Assembly: GCA_964187785.1 (NCBI GenBank)
Contig: OZ076413.1
Span: 63,612,001-63,676,000 of the forward strand
DNA length: 64,000 nt
From: Amphiscolops sp. MND2022
Taxonomy: Eukaryota
Reading direction: 5' to 3'
Part shown: piece after piece, positions 58,180 through 64,000 of the stretch
Layout of the letters: each line of letters begins with the position of its first letter
Numbering within the stretch: the first letter of the stretch is position 1
Notes under the pieces: generated by a model
The model's database searches: none
What the model was told of the DNA's origin: nothing
Seen by the model: the letters and a program-made list of their open reading frames with translations, nothing else
Position numbers and translations under genes: made by a program

Positions 58180-61100
58180 TTATTTTGCATGACCTTACCA
58201 TTCTTTCCCAGATGCCGCCAAAGTGTGGGGCTGCAGATGGATTCATAGACCACTGAATTCCTTTGATTCGAAGTCTGTCCTCGATGGAATTTTGGTCAAG
58301 TTTGCGGAAGAATTCATCGAATTCTCGTTTTGCACCGACAAAATTCGTTCCGTTGTCTGATAGTATTGTCAACGGCTGTCCTCGTCGAGCGATAAACCGC
58401 CTTACTGCTGTCACACAGGCATCGGTATCCATTGAGCTAATTACTTCCAGATGAACTGCTCGAACCACTAAACAAGTGAAGATACAAATCCACCTTTTTT
58501 CAGATCTTCCTCCCACTTTTACCTCGAGATGACCGAAGTAGTCCATTCCAGTGTTGACGAAAGGATGAACCTTGTCTGCTATTCTGAAAGAAGGAAGATC
58601 TGCCATAATGGGTTGATACGTTGTTGCTCGAACCTTTTTACAGGGAACACACCTCCTTGAAACAGTTCTCAAGGCGTTTCGAATCCCGAGTATAAACAAT
58701 TTGTGGTTGATCAAGCTTCGAACATATTCAACACCTTGATGATTATTGACTTCGTGCATGTAAATGATGTAGAGCCAGACAACCTGGTGAAAAGACAACA
58801 AAAGTATTGGATGTTTGATATCAAATTCCATTTTCGACTTGCGAATTCGACCTTGAGCTCAAATCAAACCTGATCCATCAATAAAGGGAGACAAGCCAAG
58901 AAGCTTGCTTTTAGGTGGTAGTTCTTTGCCTTGACCCAGTGCCTTCAATTCTTTGCTGAACAATTCCTGCTGGACTAACAACCAGATCTTAATTTCAGCA
59001 AGATCCTGAGTTTCTTTTGATTTTCCGAATTTCCGAGACAAAACTCTAGTGACAACGTTTCTTAGTCTCACATAGCTGCTGAAACGTGTTAAGTCAATCG
59101 TGACTTTTGTTTCGTCAGAAATGGTAACAAAGGTTTCTGTTCTGCTCAAAGTTTTTGGTTGAATTGGCTATTCAATAGTCTCCAACAGCCAGGCCGGCCT
59201 AGTTAGCCAATCGCTTTCTTGAAATAGTGTAATTGTTACTCCACGGGTTCCAATGTCTGCCCGGTTCCAGTCACCTGGCACGTGATTCCACTGATCCACC
59301 GTAGAAGAGTCCATGATTTCTGCAACTCGATTGGCAACAAATACTTGATGTTTCTGAGCGTATGATTGAATCCAGAGAAGGACAGTCATTGAATCTGTCC
59401 AGAAGTAAATTGATCCAATCACGTAATCATGTTCTTCTACAATCAACTTTTTCAACCTCACTGCACTCACTGCTGCCACTAATTCTAATTTGGGAATTGT
59501 CAGAAACTTCTGTGGAGCAACTCTTTCCCATAATGAAAAATGATTCAACTTCACATTCATTAGCACTACGAAAATAAGCAACTGCTGAAAAAGCAGATTC
59601 AGAAGCGTCGGCAAAAATATGCAGTTGCCGGTGAGTAATATCCTTGAGGGTGGTTTCGTAGGGCCTCGAGGTGTTCACCGTGTTGATTTCATCCAACTGT
59701 GAAATCCAATTATTGAAACGTTCACTGACATCCTCGCAGACCGGATCATCCCATCTTTGACCATGTGATGTCCATTTTTACTTCAAAATTATTCTGGTAA
59801 CCACAGTGAATGGTGCAAAACATATCAGTGGATCGTATACAGACGATACAACTGACAAAATTGCTCCCTGAGTCCATATATCTTTGCGCTTTTGTACGAG
59901 ACCGCGACATAGTTGAAGTTTGTCGACTTCAACATTCCATTGTATCCCCAAAACAATAACTTGTCGCGGTTCGGTGTCTTCTTTGGCAACTTCTTCTTGA
60001 GGCCTGACATTATTCACCCACTTCGTTAGATTGAAGCCGCCTCTTTGTAGTACTGAACTGAGCCCATCTTTAATTCCCATTAGTTCTTGCTCAATCTTGC
60101 AAGACACTAGCAGGTCATCCATGTAAAAGTTTTCTATAATATTTTTCGCTACCACTGTTTGATCTGAATTATCTTTTGCGCATTGTTGGAGAGCGAAATT
60201 TGCACAAGTGGGGGAAGACTTTGCGCCAAAGTTGTGTCGGGTGTATTGGAATACTCCAATGGCATCTTGGGGATCAGCTCGCCAAAGAAATCGAAGTAAA
60301 GATTGATCAGATTTGTCAACGCTCACTTGTAGAAACATAGACTCAATATCTGCTGTCATCGCCCATTTATGCTGGCGGAATTTGAAGAGGACTGCTTAAA
60401 GTTTTTGTAGCAAATCTGGTCCTGTCATCAACATATCATTTAATGATACACCTTGATGTTTTGCAGCTGCGTTACACACTCTTCTCACTTTCTCTATTTT
60501 GTGAGGGTGCTTCACGGGGTGGTGCGGCAAATACCACTCCTTCTGGTCCTCCGACAATGCCATTTCTGATTGACCAAGACGAATGACGTATCCTTTCTCT
60601 AAATCCAAATCAATTGTTTGGCTGTATTTCTTCTTCAGATCCAAGTTTGAGCTCAATCGTTTTTCTAAGGACTGAAACTGTCCATGAGCAGTTGTATAGT
60701 TGTTAGGTAACTGGTTTATTTCCTTGCGTAAGGGCAACTTGGTTACGTATCTAGTTCCATCGTGTTTGATTGAATTTTCCAGTATTTTCAACGCTTCCCT
60801 GTCCTCTTTTGACCAATTGTCGACTTTGTATTGAGTTCCATAGGATTCCAAATCCCACCAATGCTGAAATTGTTCTGCTAGCCTTGACTCTTGATTTGAA
60901 AAGTTCGTGGAAACGACCGCGCATTCACGCATTTCGTCTGCAGGTAATGGACCACAAACCATCCAGCCGAGTTGGGTTCTAACTGCCCAAGGCTTGTGCT
61001 GTCCATTTTTTTATACTCTAGAGGCCGAATCAAGAAGTAGCAATCTCGGCCAAGGATGACTTTCACGCTTCCCACGTCTTTTCGGTTTTGCTGTATGCAC

Positions 61101-63394
61101 CTCAAATACGGGTAGGCGTCCTTCAGAGTTGTCAGGTTATATAGAGAGTTTCCAATGTCTAAACTCTTGTGACAGTTCGCAATGACAAGTGCTGCATCTT
61201 CCACTGAACTATTTTTTCTGCCAACTTTGATTGGTACACTTCTAGTCTTCATTGAACGCGTGCCGTGTATCCCAGACACTTCCAGAGTGATATCTTGACC
61301 CTCGACACCCAGTATGTCAATAAGAGTGTCATCAACCCAGGTCTGAATTGAACCTGTATCACACAGAGCCCAAGTGTCCTCAATGCGACCGTTCAAACCA
61401 AATAGTCGTACCGCAGCAACTTGCAGTAGCTCTTTTTGACGGACAATATTGCCATTCGCAATAGTATTTGTTGAATTTTGATCAGCTTTAACTTTAGGAT
61501 GCAGTAATCTGTTGTGTTTTCTCTTACAGCCTCCTATTCCACAAAGTTTGATTCTACAATCCTTGATTTGGTGATTACCACCCAAACAACCAAAACAGAG
61601 CTTTTCTGATTTCACAAAAAAAAATTTATCTTCCAGCGACAAGTCCTTGAACTCTTGGAAATTCCAAAGTTGGTGCTCCTTTTTGCAATGAACACACACT
61701 TTTTCAGCGTTTTCAGTAGCTTCGACAGCTCCCAGAGCAATGTTGTTTTCATTTTTTGAAACTTTCAACGTTTTTTTAAACTGCTGCGTATCTTTTAAAA
61801 AAGACCGTTTTTCACTCAATAGTCTTTCGTACACAACAGCTTCATTCTCAAGCCATTCATTGAATGACATCAAAGTAGGCAGTTTTTTTTGTTGCTGACT
61901 TGTTTTCAATGTGTGCAAACCAACGTCGTTTTGCTTCAGGCGGTAACTTACTAACTGCAACGTCCAAGTTTGTTGAGGAAAACAGATCATTGCTATATCC
62001 AAATTGTTGCAAAACGTTGACGAAATGCGCAACTACATCTGCAAACTCAACGAGCATTTTAAAATCTTGCTCTTTAATCTGACTAAATTCTTTTAATCTA
62101 CTTAGCTGTGCTGAGACGATGAGATGGGGCTGCCCAAACGTTCTCTGGAGTGTCTGCCAAGCAGTGTCATACATTGCACCAGAATATCCAACGCCTTGAA
62201 GAGCTCGTTTTGCTGATCCAACCAGTTTAGTTCTGAGATGCGCCAATTTTTCGTCTTTGCTCAAACGGCTGGAACAAATTGTTGACTGGAACATGCTGCT
62301 CCATTCAGGCCAGTCAATAGGGTCACCAGAGAACTCACCTAGTTTGAGTTTCGGGAGAGATGACGTTTGTACATAAGCGCTCTGGTCTCTCTCAGGAAAT
62401 AAAGTTCGTCTACCTTCAGGAATTTGATCCAGCTGACGATCATGGTTGTGGTGCAAAGTTTCATTGTTGTAATTCTTCGAGTCAAAGACTGTGTCAAAAC
62501 ATGAACCAGTCCCAGGTGAATCGTTTGCAGGCAACTTTGAGTTCCTGGGTTCATTTCGCGTGATGCGCTTTTGTACGCAGCATCATGACCCTCAAGAAGC
62601 ACATTCTGCATTTGCCAATCTCGAACTTTTTCAGCTGAACAGATTGAAGGTGCCTTCTCGATATTCAAATCAACGTCTTGAAGAACTTGCCCAGGGTATG
62701 CAGACTTCAATTCGTTGTGAAGTTTGGTTAATTTCAAACATTCTTCCAGTCGACGTAACTCTTCATCAGCTTCACGTCTTTGTCTTGCCATTTCCATCTC
62801 CAGTTTTTGCTGCTGCAAATCTCGTTTCGCGTCTAAGTATTGCAATTGCTGAAGAAGGGCCTCTTCTCTATCACTCTGCTTGGACAAAGCCTTCGACTTG
62901 TCTTTCATGCTTTGCTTTTCAGCAGCATTACTTACTTCACCGCCAACAGCGCCCAAATTAGCTTCATCTTGTTTGCTTGTTATTTCATCATGTGCCTTCG
63001 TTGTTGCCGCATTGGCGTCGCCATCAACGGATACAGAGGTTGTTACTTTCATTGATTGAAGCCTTTCCTTGCCTTTTCTCAACTCTTCCAGATCATGTAG
63101 TCGCAACTCGCGAGCTTTCTTGATTGAAGACGTCCATTCAGTGATTTGTTTCATCACATTGTTTTGACCAGTCGCCGAACACAAAGAATACTTTTGGCGG
63201 AACAAAATCAGAATCTCTTCTTCTTCGTCCGTGAGGTTTCTCATCACTGAACCAATTTTACAGAATCTGTCTCCTTCACGAACCAACAGTTTGAAGTTCT
63301 CAGCATCTAATTGAATTTTGTTCGCCAATTTCATAATGTCTCGGTCCAGTTTCTGGAGCTTCTTTCGTCTTCTCGCCTTCTCGTTGAGCAACAT
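58180..63394 (-). pseudogene. BEL/Pao gag-pol (frameshifted): coiled-coil gag, DUF1759-like region, zinc knuckles, protease, RT, RNase H, partial integrase
   Basis: LPKLKLGEFSGDPIDW; CVHC/CFGC/CGIGGC...HNRLLH; ALCDTGS; WYLPHHPV; ADIESMFLQV; FGAKSSP; FYMDDLL; IFADAS; GMDYFG; SDNGTNFVG; PHFGGIWERMV. Confidence 0.92.
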
Positions 63395-63410
63395 CCTGGT
63401 CTGGACACCA
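63393..63410 (-). other. BEL primer-binding site overlapping the gag ATG
   Basis: Minus-strand TGGTGTCCAGACCAGGAT, complementary to a tRNA-like 3' end (ATCC...ACCA). Confidence 0.75.
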
Positions 63411-63482
63411 AGTTTTATAACAGCTGTTTTGGTATTTTACGCAAAACGTTACGCTGTCGGCTCGATTGATGTTACCCCAAAG
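63411..63482 (-). repeat. Remnant (~72 bp) of the BEL 5' LTR
   Basis: Matches 54111-54182, then diverges abruptly at 63483. Confidence 0.7.
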
Positions 63483-64000
63483 AAGGTTTGTAACGGCAAG
63501 CTGTTATCGGTCGCTTAACACGTTAACAGAGGTGGAGGAACCTGCAGAAATGGGTGAATCGCTCGGTACAGGCGCCCATCGCCACAGATCCATTTTGCCT
63601 CCAGGGGTGAAATACGTCCCGGGGCCGCGGGTGCTTCGACGAATACTGTCCAACCGGTCCTAGTCTTTGATTGCTAATAGTAATGGGCATCTTTCTGACT
63701 CTCTAAAGACCACCGCCTAACTAGCATATAAAAACAATGCCAAGAAGAAGGTAAATTTCCATTTCCAGGGTGATATGTGAATAAGATCTAAAATTGGGGA
63801 AAAAGATCTAAACTAGCGCTAGCGCTACTGAATACACCCAAAATCACTGAAAACACATGAAAACAGGCACGAATATGGAAAACCACACAGCTACAAGCTG
63901 GGGCGCAGGGACTCCAAGCACCAAACAAGGATCTTTAGGCGAAAAGACTCATTTTTACGGTTTCCGCTACATAGGGTAGCATAATGCTAAAAATCGATAA

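Larger units (their letters stand above)
54111..63482 (-). mobile_element. BEL/Pao LTR retrotransposon, decayed, with internal triplication and truncated 5' LTR
   Basis: BEL-type gag, triple Cys knuckle, DTG protease, RT, Pao RNase H and integrase; PBS at 63393-63410. Confidence 0.93.

Overview
AT-rich eukaryotic (animal-like) repeat-dense DNA with no prokaryotic genes. Three large mobile elements dominate the window. (1) A full-length but decayed Ty3/Gypsy LTR retrotransposon (8479-14557, minus; 202-bp LTRs about 94% identical, ACCTG target-site duplication). (2) A ~25.4-kb Polinton/Maverick endogenous virus (26135-51580) whose ~16 genes all lie on the minus strand. It has the core set (pPolB, packaging ATPase, RVE integrase, major and minor capsid, adenain protease). 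Its unusual cargo is a candidate HUH-endonuclease ORF beside a PLA2-like ORF, a twice-repeated 2-TM protein, a PC4-like ORF, a ~20 x 156-bp palindrome-bearing tandem array, and a candidate spliced PPPY-motif gene whose intron may contain that array. (3) A BEL/Pao LTR retrotransposon (54111-63482, minus) with a tandem triplication of its RT-RNaseH-integrase segment. Also present: a decayed BED-finger hAT transposon, at least six copies of a Helentron/DINE-like non-autonomous repeat with a covarying 3' hairpin, several MITEs, a tRNA-like SINE head and a probable catalytically dead trypsin-like host gene. All family assignments come from motif recognition by eye, with no database searches.
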